Source of the DNA: Nitrospirales bacterium
GTDB taxonomy: Bacteria; Nitrospirota; Nitrospiria; Nitrospirales; UBA8639
DNA length: 64,000 bases
Assembly: GCA_963555755.3 (NCBI GenBank)
Contig: OY820905.2
Location: 1,504,001-1,568,000 of the forward strand
Direction of reading: 5' to 3'
Below are positions 51,537 through 62,122 of the stretch, piece after piece (within the stretch, counting starts at the first letter, position 1; the number at the start of each line of letters is the position of its first letter). The notes below the pieces were generated by a model. That model was not told the DNA's origin. It saw nothing but the letters and a program-made list of their open reading frames with translations, and did not search any database. The translations under genes were made by a program, and so were the position numbers.

Positions 51537-51688
51537 AACCGTTCCCTCCTTCCAAGGCTTTACTTTATCATGCAAAGGTAAAGCTGTCGAGACACCCCAC
51601 AGGCCGTGCACAGCTGACTCCCACTACCTTGTGGATCGACTCATCCTGGGCACGTCAAGAAAATGTATCTGGGTTAGGGAGTGATAAT

Positions 51689-51880
51689 GCAGGGTTTCGT
51701 CCCCGCGCGACGAGGCACTGTTGTTTCGGCAAAAGTGCCCAAAACCATTTCCGCCCGTGCGCGTCCCCTGCGGGGAAACTTTGCCACGAGACCAAATTAA
51801 ATGGCTCGGGAACTCGCTCCGATCAAACAGCCCACGCCAAAGAAGTCGAATTTGGTTTCGTGGCAAAGCCGCGCCCGAAG
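51689..51880. repeat. Dispersed repeat family F
   Basis: gggtttcgtccccgcgcgacgag..ggcaaaagtgcccaaaaccattt..gggaactcgct..tcaaaca, inverse of 9680-9897. Confidence 0.72.
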
Positions 51881-52084
51881 GCGGGAAGAAAATGTGGAAA
51901 AGAGAACATGAGATAGCTATGAATCTGCGAAACTCTCAACAAAAGACTCGGCCCCTCTCCCCACTATACGTCCTCTTTTTTCAGAAACGCTCAATCTTAA
52001 AATTGACGTTTTTGCCAAACTGACTAGAATGCTTGGCTGATAGTGAAATAAAAACGAGAATAATTTATCGGGAAAGAGACAACA

Positions 52085-52287
52085 ATGAACTGGACCACTG
52101 AGAAGCCGTCACAGCCAGGGAGGCATTGGTTGCTGAAATCAATGGTGATCCATTTTTAATAAGTGGCTTTTTTAAGGAAGCGGCCAAAGAAGGACTAGGT
52201 TCTATCGGTGATGCACCCGAAGGAAAAAACTATTCAGATTTTATAGGGGAACTATGGGCAGGCCCAATTCCTGAGCCGGGGGAATAG
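52085..52287 (+). pseudogene. Frameshifted small hypothetical gene (WTTEKP...WAGPIPEP type)
   Basis: ATG frame gives MNWTTEKPSQPGRHW. A second frame gives VAEING...ELWAGPIPEPGE*. Confidence 0.45.
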
Positions 52288-52403
52288 GAATTAGGAATAT
52301 TTAGGAATATAGGAATAGGGGTCACCCTGAGGTCTCGATCTAATACCTTTTAGGATCGAGACTTATAGATTCAATAAAAACAATTCCCCTATTTTAGTGT
52401 TTT

Positions 52404-54410
52404 TCATGTCAGCGTACCTCCCATTTGTAATTCTTTTTGGCGCAATGCCCGAATTTTGTCACGCAACTTTGCCGCTCGTTCAAATTCCAGCGCCTTGGCG
52501 GCGGCTTTCATTTCCTTATCCAACTTCTCAATGGTCTTTTCCATTTCTGATTCGTCGCTATACACTTCTTCCTCTTCAGCTGCAATCCCAAAATCAAGAT
52601 AATCCGCCTCGGCAATTTGATATTCAAGATCGTAGATTCGCTTTTTAATCGTTTCAGGCGTAATGCCATGGGCGGTATTGTATTCAGATTGGATGGCCCG
52701 CCGACGTACGGTTTCATCAATCATCACCTGCATGGATTTGGTGATCGAATCTCCATAGAGAATCACTCTCCCTTCGCTATTCCGGGCAGCACGACCAGCA
52801 GTTTGAATCAACGCGCGGTGACCGCGAAGAAACCCTTCCTTATCCGCATCCAACACGCCAACCAACGCGACCTCAGGCAAATCCAAACCTTCTCGCAAGA
52901 GATTAATGCCTACCAGCACATCAAACGTGCCTCGTCGAAGATCCCGAATAATATCCGCTCGCTCCAGCGTCTTGATATCGGAGTGGAGATACCGAACCTT
53001 CAACCCCAGATCGTGATAGTATTCGGTCAGGTCTTCAGCCATGCGCTTAGTCAAGGTCGTCACCAACACACGAAAGCCTTTAGCAATCGTTGTCTTCACC
53101 TCATGTAAAAGATCATCCACTTGTCCCTTCGCGGGTTTGACTTCGGTCACCGGATCCATCAGGCCAGTGGGCCGAATAATTTGTTCCACCACATCACCCT
53201 GAGCATATTGTAATTCATACGGACCAGGTGTCGCCGATACATAGACGGCCTGCTTCACAAACCCTTCAAACTCTTTAAACGTGAGCGGACGATTATCCAA
53301 CGCCGAGGGAAGACGGAAACCATAGTCTACTAAATTCTTCTTGCGAGAACGGTCGCCTTCATACATTCCGCCAAATTGCGGAATCGTCGCATGCGCCTCA
53401 TCCACAATTAGCAAAAAGTCTTTGGGGAAGTAATCCAAGAGCGTCGGAGGCGATTCACCCGGCGCCCGCCCACTCAAATGCCGAGAATAGTTTTCGATAC
53501 CATGGCAATAGCCCATCGCACGAATCATCTCGAGATCAAACTTCGTGCGCTGTTCCACTCGCTGCGCTTCCAGCAATTGCCCATTGCGCTGAAAATAAAG
53601 AATCCGTTCTTCAAGTTCTTCTTCAATCCCTTGTAACGCATCGTGATACCGATCCGGCGCAATCACATAGTGACTCTTGGGATAGATGGGAATCTTGGAG
53701 AGCCGGCCAAGAGACTTGCCGGTCAAGGGATCGATTTCGGAAATCGAATCAACAGTATCGCCGAATAATTCCACGCGGATGGTATTCGAATCCGAGGCCG
53801 ACGGAAAAATTTCAATGACGTCACCACGCGCCCGAAACATACCCCGCTGCAACTCCACATCATTGCGGGAATATTGAATCTCCACCAACTTGGCCAGGAT
53901 CGCCTCACGCCGAATCTCCATGCCTACTTCGAGGTAGAGCAACATGCCATGGTAGACCTCCGGGGAGCCGAGGCCATAAATGCAGGACACCGACGCCACA
54001 ATAATAATATCGTCCCGCTCCAAGAGTGCCGACGTGGCTGCATGCCGCATCTGATCGATGGTGTCGTTAATCGCGGAGTCTTTGGCAATATAGGTATCGG
54101 TGGAAGGAATATAGGCTTCTGGCTGGTAATAGTCGTAATAACTCACGAAGTATTCCACCTTATTGTGCGGGAAAAAACTTTTGAACTCCTGATACAACTG
54201 CGCCGCCAGCGTTTTATTATGAACGACAACTAAGGTCGATTTCTGGACATTGGCAATCACGTTAGCCATCGTAAACGTCTTCCCCGACCCCGTGACCCCA
54301 AGCAACACTTGATGCTTCTTCGCAGAATTCACCCCTTCCGTCAGCGACGCAATCGCTGCCCCTTGATCCCCTTTTGGGGAGAATTCTGATTCTAAAATAA
54401 ATTGAGACAT
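52404..54410 (-). CDS. uvrB: Excinuclease ABC subunit B
   Basis: [50 protein letters not shown] domain. Confidence 0.97.
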   Translation of the reverse strand: MSQFILESEFSPKGDQGAAIASLTEGVNSAKKHQVLLGVTGSGKTFTMANVIANVQKSTLVVVHNKTLAAQLYQEFKSFFPHNKVEYFVSYYDYYQPEAYIPSTDTYIAKDSAINDTIDQMRHAATSALLERDDIIIVASVSCIYGLGSPEVYHGMLLYLEVGMEIRREAILAKLVEIQYSRNDVELQRGMFRARGDVIEIFPSASDSNTIRVELFGDTVDSISEIDPLTGKSLGRLSKIPIYPKSHYVIAPDRYHDALQGIEEELEERILYFQRNGQLLEAQRVEQRTKFDLEMIRAMGYCHGIENYSRHLSGRAPGESPPTLLDYFPKDFLLIVDEAHATIPQFGGMYEGDRSRKKNLVDYGFRLPSALDNRPLTFKEFEGFVKQAVYVSATPGPYELQYAQGDVVEQIIRPTGLMDPVTEVKPAKGQVDDLLHEVKTTIAKGFRVLVTTLTKRMAEDLTEYYHDLGLKVRYLHSDIKTLERADIIRDLRRGTFDVLVGINLLREGLDLPEVALVGVLDADKEGFLRGHRALIQTAGRAARNSEGRVILYGDSITKSMQVMIDETVRRRAIQSEYNTAHGITPETIKKRIYDLEYQIAEADYLDFGIAAEEEEVYSDESEMEKTIEKLDKEMKAAAKALEFERAAKLRDKIRALRQKELQMGGTLT

Positions 54411-54630
54411 GACAAACCCTTTGGAAGGTCATCCTAACATACGTGAGTCGGATTCGGTCTTTTTCCTTTCCAAGGCCTACTCCTCAGTAAGGTGCAGAAT
54501 GCGAAGCCAGCCGCGAAGACCCGACTCAAACGTCCATAAAGGTTCAAACCGAACTTGCTGAAGCGGTTCACGAAATAATCCACATCTGTATTTTCTGGCA
54601 TGGGCCGGAACGGCTCTTTGTACTACTCAA

Positions 54631-54771
54631 GGGTACCTCTACAAACCAGGCATTTTTTGTGAGGGCAAGGAAGCCGCGCGCGGAAAACCGGAGTGTATGG
54701 GCGAATACATGAGGATGTGAGCACGCGGCTGACGCCGCCATCACGGAAAAGGACGGTTTTTAGAGGTGCCC
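54631..54771. mobile_element. MITE family C with TCAA target duplication
   Basis: tcaa-gggtacctctacaaac ... gtttttagaggtgccc-tcaa. Confidence 0.88.
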
Positions 54772-55066
54772 TCAAATTCACCAAGTGAATTTTTAGACAT
54801 GTGGGGAAAATTTTTGCGGGACAATCCAAACACATTTGCACTCCGTCAGATTCTTGCCACTGTCTACGTTTTTGACAGAATTGTCTTATGCCCGCCACTA
54901 ATTCGTACCCAAAAGTTTTCCTATCAGGTTCAAAATCATGTTCAATACTTCATCAATCCAACCTCAGATTCTCTTTTAAAATTCGTACCTTAGAAACCCT
55001 GCTCGCATTCAATGTCAAATTTTGTCGTGAATATAAACGTCAAGATGGAAAAGGCTTATTCCCTAT

Positions 55067-55081
55067 TGGCATCCAGATTGC
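55067..55081 (+). promoter_or_regulatory. Putative sigma-54 (-24/-12) promoter
   Basis: TGGCATCCAGATTGC fits GG-N10-GC, ~70 nt upstream of an AAGGAGG-preceded ATG. Confidence 0.55.
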
Positions 55082-55153
55082 CTTTATTTTTATTAGGAGA
55101 AATGCCGATAAGTAATAAATGAAAAAGAACCAAAGAAACCAAAGGAGGTTGTT

Positions 55154-55858
55154 ATGCCTCACCACACAGGTTTCACCAAGCGTTCCACCCGGCGATCGAA
55201 GACTCCAATCCTCGTCATCTTCTTGATCTGTGCCGGAATCTTCCTTTTCAGCATGCCCGCTCGCGGGGCTCCGACAAACACCCCACCCAAATTTCACCAA
55301 CTCGCCATCCCGATTCTAGGTGTCACATTCAATCAACAACACCATCTGGTTGGCATTGTCACTCATGTCGTGATCAACTTTGAAAAACGCCACGATCATG
55401 ATGGCCTCCAGCTTCGCTTCAGAGTTGATCCAGGTCGTTTCTCACCCTATGCCCAACAAGCTGTATCCACCGCAATCGCCCGCGCCTGCAAAGCCGCGAA
55501 CCTGCAAAACGACTCGTGGACGATTTATTTGACCTTTCCCTACCGCGGAATCACCATGTATGGAGATAGTTTATCCGCGATGGTGGGATTAAGTGTGGTA
55601 GCCATGGCCAAGGGCGAGGACATTATCTTTGGCCGATCCTTGACTGGCACGATTACGGAAGATGGGCATATCGGCACGGTGGGAGGGATTCCGTATAAAG
55701 TCCAGGCCGCCTATGCGGAACATATGAATCGAATCTTGATTCCTGAAGAACGGGCCACGGCAGATGACGAATGGCAGACCCCGTTCATGATGCAGGTTTC
55801 TCCGGTCAACACTCTGGACAAAGCGTACTATGGGTTAACCGGACACCGGTTGGAATGA
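55154..55858 (+). CDS. Exported stand-alone Lon (S16) proteolytic domain protein
   Basis: Signal/TM segment; YGDSLSA (Ser), LTGTI..DG.IG.VGGI..K (Lys), ILIP. Confidence 0.8.
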   Translation: MPHHTGFTKRSTRRSKTPILVIFLICAGIFLFSMPARGAPTNTPPKFHQLAIPILGVTFNQQHHLVGIVTHVVINFEKRHDHDGLQLRFRVDPGRFSPYAQQAVSTAIARACKAANLQNDSWTIYLTFPYRGITMYGDSLSAMVGLSVVAMAKGEDIIFGRSLTGTITEDGHIGTVGGIPYKVQAAYAEHMNRILIPEERATADDEWQTPFMMQVSPVNTLDKAYYGLTGHRLE

Positions 55859-56037
55859 GTGCAGTCGCTACGAGAACATTCTTCATTGGGGATCAGCGCA
55901 GAACTGTTGAAGGGAATGAACGACCCCGCCGCAACCAGCGGGATAGTGTGAGAAGAAAGAATCAAAAAATCCCCCTCACCCCCTTTTCCTAAGGGGGGAC
56001 ATCAATGGCACTCCGTCGCGAAGCGATAATCACAAGA

Positions 56038-56267
56038 TTAAAACAGCCCCACAATATTCCCGGTTTGATCGACGCCTACAGCTTCCGCAGCCGGGACTCT
56101 TGGTAGCCCTGGCATAGTCATAATATCGCCAGTCAGCACCACAATAAATTCAGCGCCCAGTGCCAATCAAATTTCCCGAACTGGAATTGTAAATCCAGTC
56201 GGCACTCCCTTTTCCGCGGGATCAGTCGAAAAACTGTATTGTGTCTTGGCCATGCAAACCGGAAAGT
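56038..56267 (-). pseudogene. fhs: fhs 3' exon (contains an in-frame TGA at 56167-56169)
   Basis: [16 protein letters not shown]...[30 protein letters not shown]...GLF*. Confidence 0.9.
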
Positions 56268-58261
56268 GTAGGGTCGAGGACTGGCGCGCCAACGGTAGGG
56301 TTCGGTGGCTCCTCCACCCCTTTCGGAATGGGCCTCAGTCCGACTCCCCTGGTCACGGTTCCAGTCCCCGCCACCTCAAACCCGGCGTGCTGATTTCCAG
56401 CACCGGGCTTTCCTGGATGCTTCACCTCAAGGGTTATGTGACCTATCAGCCTGGAAGGACTTTCATGCCGACCCGTTGTACCGCACTCGGTAATCTCCAT
56501 ATAAGCCAAGTACCGTGTAGAGCCAAACCTTACTCCACCTCTTCCAGCCAAAACCTCGACGGTGGCGCACTCGCATCATGTGCCGCCGGACCTTCCGCTC
56601 CACCCAATCCTTCACGTAGGATAAACACCGACTCGCATGCCCAATCCGGAAGTAGTTCACCCAGCCCCGTACGATCGGATTGATCATGGCGATCATCCGT
56701 CCCACCGGCTGGGATTGCCCGCGTCGGAACACTTCCTTGAGCTTCCGCAGCAACGCGGTGCGCCGCTTCACCTTCGGTATGTACTGCGGGCGCCACACTC
56801 CACGCCGCGACCGCACACGCCGAAAGTCAAAGCCCAGAAAGCCGAAGCTGCCTCCCTGACTCAGGTCCACGATTCGGCTCTTCTCCTCATTCACCTGAAG
56901 GTCTAATTGGGCCAACGCCTCTCGCAGCTTCCGCTCCGCAACCTGCGCCAGTTGTGCGTGGCGGCGATAGCCATCCACTAACACGACGAGGTCATCCGCA
57001 AACCGGACATACTCGAGATACGTATACTGGCCCTGCCGGGTTGTCTCCTTCAGCTGCTCCAGCCTCTCATCCACTTCCGTGAGATAGAGGTTGGCCAGCA
57101 GCGGGGAAATCACACCCCCTTGAGGCACCCCACGCGGGCCGGACGCCTTGACGATGAGTTTCACCAGCCGCAGGATCGCGGGATCCTGGATGCGTCGGGC
57201 CACCTTCGCCAGCAGCCGGTCATGCCGCACCGTGTCGAAGAAGGCCGCCAGATCCACATCAATCACTCGCGTCTTGTTCTGCACCATCGCCTGAGCCACC
57301 CGGCCAATCGCCTGGTGGGCTGTCCGTTTCGGTCGATACCCATACGACCCATCACGAAAATCCGCCTCAAAGATCGGTTCCAGCAGGAGCTTGAGCGCTC
57401 CCTGTACCACGCGGTCCCGAATCGCGGGTATCCCTAAGACGCGGACTCGTCCACCGCCTTTCGAAATCTCCACGTGCCGGTTCCGCATCGGTCGGTAGGT
57501 CTGCGTGACCAGTTCGTCCCGTAGTCGTGCAAGAAAGGGCTCCACCCCCGTGGCCTCGATGCCAGCAAACGTCACCCCATCAATGCCGGGGGCTCCGTTG
57601 TTTTTCTTGGCCATCGAATAGGCCGCGCGTAGCGTCGCCTCTTTGCACACGTGGACGTACAGGCCCCACACCCGCCATCGCTTCTCAGCCTTCGCCTTGA
57701 CGTAGAGCCGCTGTCGCAGGTCTTGCAGTGTAATGGACGCCGTTGTCATCTCGTCCCTGCCTCCCATGTTGATCACAGCCTACAGCCAGTAGGGCTCCTT
57801 TGCTCCACAGGCATGACCCTGCTTCCTCGCTCCTACGAGCCCCTCCGCCACCCTCTCGTCTTCGGCTCACTTCCCAGAGAGCTGGTTATAGAGCCGATCT
57901 TCCTCCAGGGATTTCTCCCTGGGACGAGGAGGGCTTCTCCAGTTGCGTCGTCTGTCCTTGCTCCCGTGCTGTCGCTCTCACCCCGCCGGAGTGGCCAGGC
58001 GTCTCAGCCTTGGTTCGCCTGTCCATGCCGTCTTCGTCCTACGGACAGGGACTCGACCTCCGAGGTTTCATACTTTCGAGGCTACCTCTGCGTTCACTTG
58101 CGTTACGGCCCGGGAACTCGCTCACCATCCTCTACGATGGCTTTGTCGATGGGCTTCAGCGTCTCGGTTTCTCTCCACGCTGCCATCCAAGCTACAGGGC
58201 TCAGGCTCTTACCCTGGTGGGCTTGCTTCCCACTGAACAGTCTCGCCTTACCTGGACACAC
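56268..58261 (-). mobile_element. Group II intron (1994 nt) inserted in sense orientation in fhs
   Basis: 5' GTGTG; domain V aaagcccggtgc-gaaa-gcacgccgggttt; 3' end ...gaccctAC. EBS1 loop gtccgta (58040-58046) is complementary to the exon end tacggac. Confidence 0.92.
56463..57749 (-). CDS. Group II intron reverse transcriptase/maturase without HNH endonuclease domain
   Basis: GAPGIDG, LGIP..RDRVVQ, SYGYRP, GVPQGGVISPLLANLYL, RFADD, FLGF, RGWVNYF. Confidence 0.95.
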   Translation of the reverse strand: MTTASITLQDLRQRLYVKAKAEKRWRVWGLYVHVCKEATLRAAYSMAKKNNGAPGIDGVTFAGIEATGVEPFLARLRDELVTQTYRPMRNRHVEISKGGGRVRVLGIPAIRDRVVQGALKLLLEPIFEADFRDGSYGYRPKRTAHQAIGRVAQAMVQNKTRVIDVDLAAFFDTVRHDRLLAKVARRIQDPAILRLVKLIVKASGPRGVPQGGVISPLLANLYLTEVDERLEQLKETTRQGQYTYLEYVRFADDLVVLVDGYRRHAQLAQVAERKLREALAQLDLQVNEEKSRIVDLSQGGSFGFLGFDFRRVRSRRGVWRPQYIPKVKRRTALLRKLKEVFRRGQSQPVGRMIAMINPIVRGWVNYFRIGHASRCLSYVKDWVERKVRRHMMRVRHRRGFGWKRWSKVWLYTVLGLYGDYRVRYNGSA

Positions 58262-59717
58262 GTCCGTACCCCGCCTTTTCCAATTCCGCAAACTGCTTCA
58301 GAACAGCTTGAGGAATTTCGGCATCATCCGCCCCATAAATCTCTCGCGACACCGTCCGAACTTTTTCAGCAAGCGGCATTTCGTCGGGATACAACATGTG
58401 GAATTGCGCTGGCTCGGTGTCAATGGTCTTGACCACCAACTCTGCCAACGCGATGGCCCCTTCCCCGCCGTTGGCCCAATGATTAGCCAGTGCGACCTTC
58501 ACGTCCTGACCTCCACAAACTTTACAAACCAGGTCTAATTCCGCTTCAGTGTCACTCGTGAATTGGTTAATGGCCACAACCACCGGCACACCAAACTTTT
58601 TTAGATTGTCCAAGTGCCGTATCAAATTCGGCAGACCTTGCTTCAGCGCCTCAAGATTTTCCTTCCCAAGTTCTTTGGGATGGGCTCCGCCATGCAGTTT
58701 TAAGGCTTTTACCGTAGCCACCACGACGGCACAGGCCGGCTTCAAGCCTGCTCGACGGCATTTGATGTTAAAAAATTTCTCCGCACCAAGATCCGCACCA
58801 AACCCGGCTTCGGTGACCACATAGTCAGCCAATTTCAACGCGGCTTTCGTCGCGACCACCGAGTTGCACCCATGCGCAATATTGCCAAAGGGCCCACCAT
58901 GCACCAAGGCAGGGTTATGTTCCAATGTCTGTACCAAATTAGGATTGAGCGCATCTTTCAACAACGCAGTCATGGCACCTTGGGCCTTAATATCCTTGGC
59001 AAAGACAAATTCTTTTTTCGCAGTTCGTCCGACTTTGATATTCCCCAGCCGTCGTTGCAGATCCTGTACATCCGTTGCCAGACACAACACAGCCATGACT
59101 TCCGACGCAGCGGTAATCTCAAAGCGCCCGTCCCGCGCAAAGCCATTGGTCACCGCTCCAATCCCAGTCACGATATTTCGCAACGAACGATCGTTCATAT
59201 CCATGGTGCGTCGCCAGGTAATGCGCCTCGCGTCCAATAGCGGTTCATTCCCCCAATACAGGTGGTTATCCACCATCGCCGCCAACAAATTATGCGCGGA
59301 GGTGATAGCATGAAAGTCTCCGGTAAAGTGCAGATTAATGTCGCTCATCGGCACGACCTGCGCATAGCCTCCTCCACACGCACCGCCCTTCATGCCAAAA
59401 CATGGCCCGAGGCTGGGCTCTCGCAATGCCACCATGGCCTGTTTGCCCATCTTGGCCAGCCCATCGACCAGACCAATGGACGTCGTGGTTTTCCCTTCAC
59501 CAGCAATCGTGGGAGTCATCGCGGTCATCAATATCAAGTGCCCATCAGGTTTCTCGTGCAAGCTTTGGAGAAAGGACACAGGAATTTTCGCTTTATAGTT
59601 TCCATACAGTTCTAACAAAGCTCGATCGATCCCTAATTTATCCTGCGCCACCTGTTCGATGGGTTGCAGGACTGCCTTGTTGGCGATTTCAATATTGATA
59701 TGTGCTTGTTTCATCAC
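58262..59717 (-). CDS. fhs: Formate--tetrahydrofolate ligase, 5' exon
   Basis: [68 protein letters not shown]. Confidence 0.95.
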
Positions 59718-59920
59718 GCGCCTTAATCAAAACCCGGTAGTGGGCAGAACGGTGTATTGGGGTTTATCCCCATCTGCACCAAATTGCTAAAAGAGCATAA
59801 CGCGTTCTCCAGCACTCCCACAACAAATGCCTGAGCACCCCTCCCCCCACAATGCATACTACCCTTCTTGCACAGGGTTTGGTATGTATGAACATCATTC
59901 CTCTTTTCCTGGAGATGTTC

Positions 59921-61426
59921 ATGCCCACTTGGTCGTTGGTTTTCAGCCTCTTCTTCATTGTGACGTTCGGATTCACCAGTGCGTCAATGGCCGATGCGTT
60001 TGAAGTTGGACAGACCATCACCCTCAAGGCGAAAAAACCCAAAGGCGTCCCTCTTCATCGTGAAGCCAAATCCAGTTACTGGAAACATGTGCCCCACGGC
60101 GTCAAAGGCACGATTCGCCACGTTGCCCAAACTGGGTGGCTGTATATTGCCTTAGAAACTGGAGAAAAAGCCTGGGTGAGCCCTAAGGGTTCGCACAAGA
60201 ATAACTTCCCCTGTTTGGGTGCTGAGACACCTGTCTGGCAAGGCGCGAGGACTGCGCATACTCCTGTATGGAAAGGACGAGCAACGCCGCCAGACGGGAT
60301 GGATCGACACCCAAACAGGGGAAGTTATTCTTGTGCGAACCCTAAGTACGTGGAGGAACCAAGCGCGCGCCCCGCCTCCACCAAAATCACGGTGGACACA
60401 CCTGATCCATCGCCAGAGTTTCACCGACCCGCTATGCATACAAGCTCCGCGCAGGAAGAAGCATTGGTCTGGAAATCTCCTGAACACTGCAGGGAAGTGG
60501 TCAAGGATGGTGGTCGTATGGCTGTTCATTCATCCGAGAAGCTCCGCATCGGCACATGGAATATCCGATGGTTTCCCTATGGACAGTCGCCTAATCGCTC
60601 AGGGAAAGATGACGAAACCAACGTACCCTGGCTTATCTGCACAATGGTATGGATGAACCTAGATGTCTTGGCTGTGGAAGAAAGCTTGGGCACACCAAAG
60701 GCCAAGCGGGCTTGGAAGACAGTGTTGGAATCTCTTGAACACACCACCGGAGATTCCTGGCAGTGGACCCCCCAACGGTGCGGAAACGTTGATAGCCACA
60801 AGATTGGGTTTGTATGGAATGCCAGGCGTGTAGAGTTGACGCAGGTGAAAAGCCTCTGGCCCTTCAACGTCAAAGCCCAGTCAGAGCGAAATCCATGTGA
60901 AGGAGGATTACGCCCCGGTCATTACGCATATGTTCAATCGCGTCAACAGCCAGGGGCAGATTTTCATCTCATCGCCCTGCATTTGAAATCCGGGCCGACG
61001 GTGTTTGCCCTCGAAGATCGCCACCGTGCCCTCAACCGCATTGATCAAACGGTCAGCCAGTTTACTTCGAAAGATCAAGACACGATCATCCTTGGCGATT
61101 TCAACACGATGGGGGCAGGAGACAATGCGTCCAAAAGATCTGAATTAAAATATGTGCGACGTATGGTCGCCAAAGAAATGCCCGGCTTTCGGGATCTTTC
61201 CCTTGCCCCACAATGCTCCCACTATTTTCGTGGACGCGGCGGGTGGCTCGATCATGTCCTGGTCAATAAAGGGATGGAAGAAGTACGCACACGGTCTGCC
61301 CGAGTCACAGGATATTGCGCAGTGGCCGAGTGCCGACGCATCAACGGCGACTACCCCTTAGCCTATCAACGATTATCCGATCATTGTCCCGTAGTCATCG
61401 AAATCGACAACCAAGACAAGGACTAA
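59921..61426 (+). CDS. Exported endonuclease/exonuclease/phosphatase family protein with SH3-like N-domain and in-frame MITE
   Basis: Signal peptide; GTWNIRWF, HLKS, ILGDFN, LDH, SDHCPV. Confidence 0.85.
   Translation: MPTWSLVFSLFFIVTFGFTSASMADAFEVGQTITLKAKKPKGVPLHREAKSSYWKHVPHGVKGTIRHVAQTGWLYIALETGEKAWVSPKGSHKNNFPCLGAETPVWQGARTAHTPVWKGRATPPDGMDRHPNRGSYSCANPKYVEEPSARPASTKITVDTPDPSPEFHRPAMHTSSAQEEALVWKSPEHCREVVKDGGRMAVHSSEKLRIGTWNIRWFPYGQSPNRSGKDDETNVPWLICTMVWMNLDVLAVEESLGTPKAKRAWKTVLESLEHTTGDSWQWTPQRCGNVDSHKIGFVWNARRVELTQVKSLWPFNVKAQSERNPCEGGLRPGHYAYVQSRQQPGADFHLIALHLKSGPTVFALEDRHRALNRIDQTVSQFTSKDQDTIILGDFNTMGAGDNASKRSELKYVRRMVAKEMPGFRDLSLAPQCSHYFRGRGGWLDHVLVNKGMEEVRTRSARVTGYCAVAECRRINGDYPLAYQRLSDHCPVVIEIDNQDKD
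60187..60342. mobile_element. MITE family D inserted in-frame in a CDS, TAA target duplication
   Basis: Perfect 35-bp TIR; taa at 60184-60186 and 60343-60345; net +159 nt. Confidence 0.92.
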
Positions 61427-61433
61427 CGCAACG

Positions 61434-62024
61434 ATGTCAGCCCGTCAGATAATTCGATGCACCTGGGCCACGAATGAACACCTCAGCCAATACCATGATA
61501 CGGAATGGGGCGTGCCGCTGCATGACGACCGCCTATTGTTTGAATTTTTGATTCTTGAAGGCGCGCAGGCAGGATTAAGTTGGAACACCATTCTACAAAA
61601 ACGGGCGGCGTTCCGAGAAGCCTTTGATCACTTTGACGCCACACGTATAGCCAAGTACAACCAGCGAAAAGTTCAGCAATTATTACAGAACGCTGGCATC
61701 ATTCGAAATAGATTAAAAATCCATTCCGCCATTTCCAACGCCCAAGCCTTTCTTGTCCTCCAAAAGGAAGTTGGAAGCTTTGATGAGTATATTTGGCAAT
61801 TCGTCAAAGGTCGACCAATCCACAATCGATGGAAATCTCTAAAAGACGTGCCCGCCCACACAGCGGAATCCGACGCAATGAGCAAAGACCTCAAGCGACG
61901 AGGATTCTCCTTCGTCGGCACCACCATCTGCTACGCCCTCATGCAAGCCACAGGAATAGTCAACGATCACACGACAGATTGTTTTCGTTATCGAGCCATC
62001 AACAAACTCAAGTCCCATAGGTGA
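61434..62024 (+). CDS. tag: DNA-3-methyladenine glycosylase I
   Basis: RC.W, YHDTEWG, LEGAQAGLSW, GIIRNRLKI, GFSFVG, NDH...CF. Confidence 0.95.
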   Translation: MSARQIIRCTWATNEHLSQYHDTEWGVPLHDDRLLFEFLILEGAQAGLSWNTILQKRAAFREAFDHFDATRIAKYNQRKVQQLLQNAGIIRNRLKIHSAISNAQAFLVLQKEVGSFDEYIWQFVKGRPIHNRWKSLKDVPAHTAESDAMSKDLKRRGFSFVGTTICYALMQATGIVNDHTTDCFRYRAINKLKSHR

Positions 62025-62122
62025 CGACCTTGCCATTGCCATGTGTAAGTGAGGCTACCCCTTCGTCACAATAAGTCAATACTCATGCCTGACCCCAAGT
62101 CTAACCGATAATAGATTACCTT

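Noticed and set aside
56167..56169. Selenocysteine codon in fhs
   Set aside because: The position does not correspond to a Cys that I recall in Fhs, and no convincing SECIS hairpin follows.
57651..58538. Long plus-strand ORFs (295 aa and 210 aa)
   Set aside because: They are antisense to the group II intron RNA domains and fhs, with no recognisable motifs.
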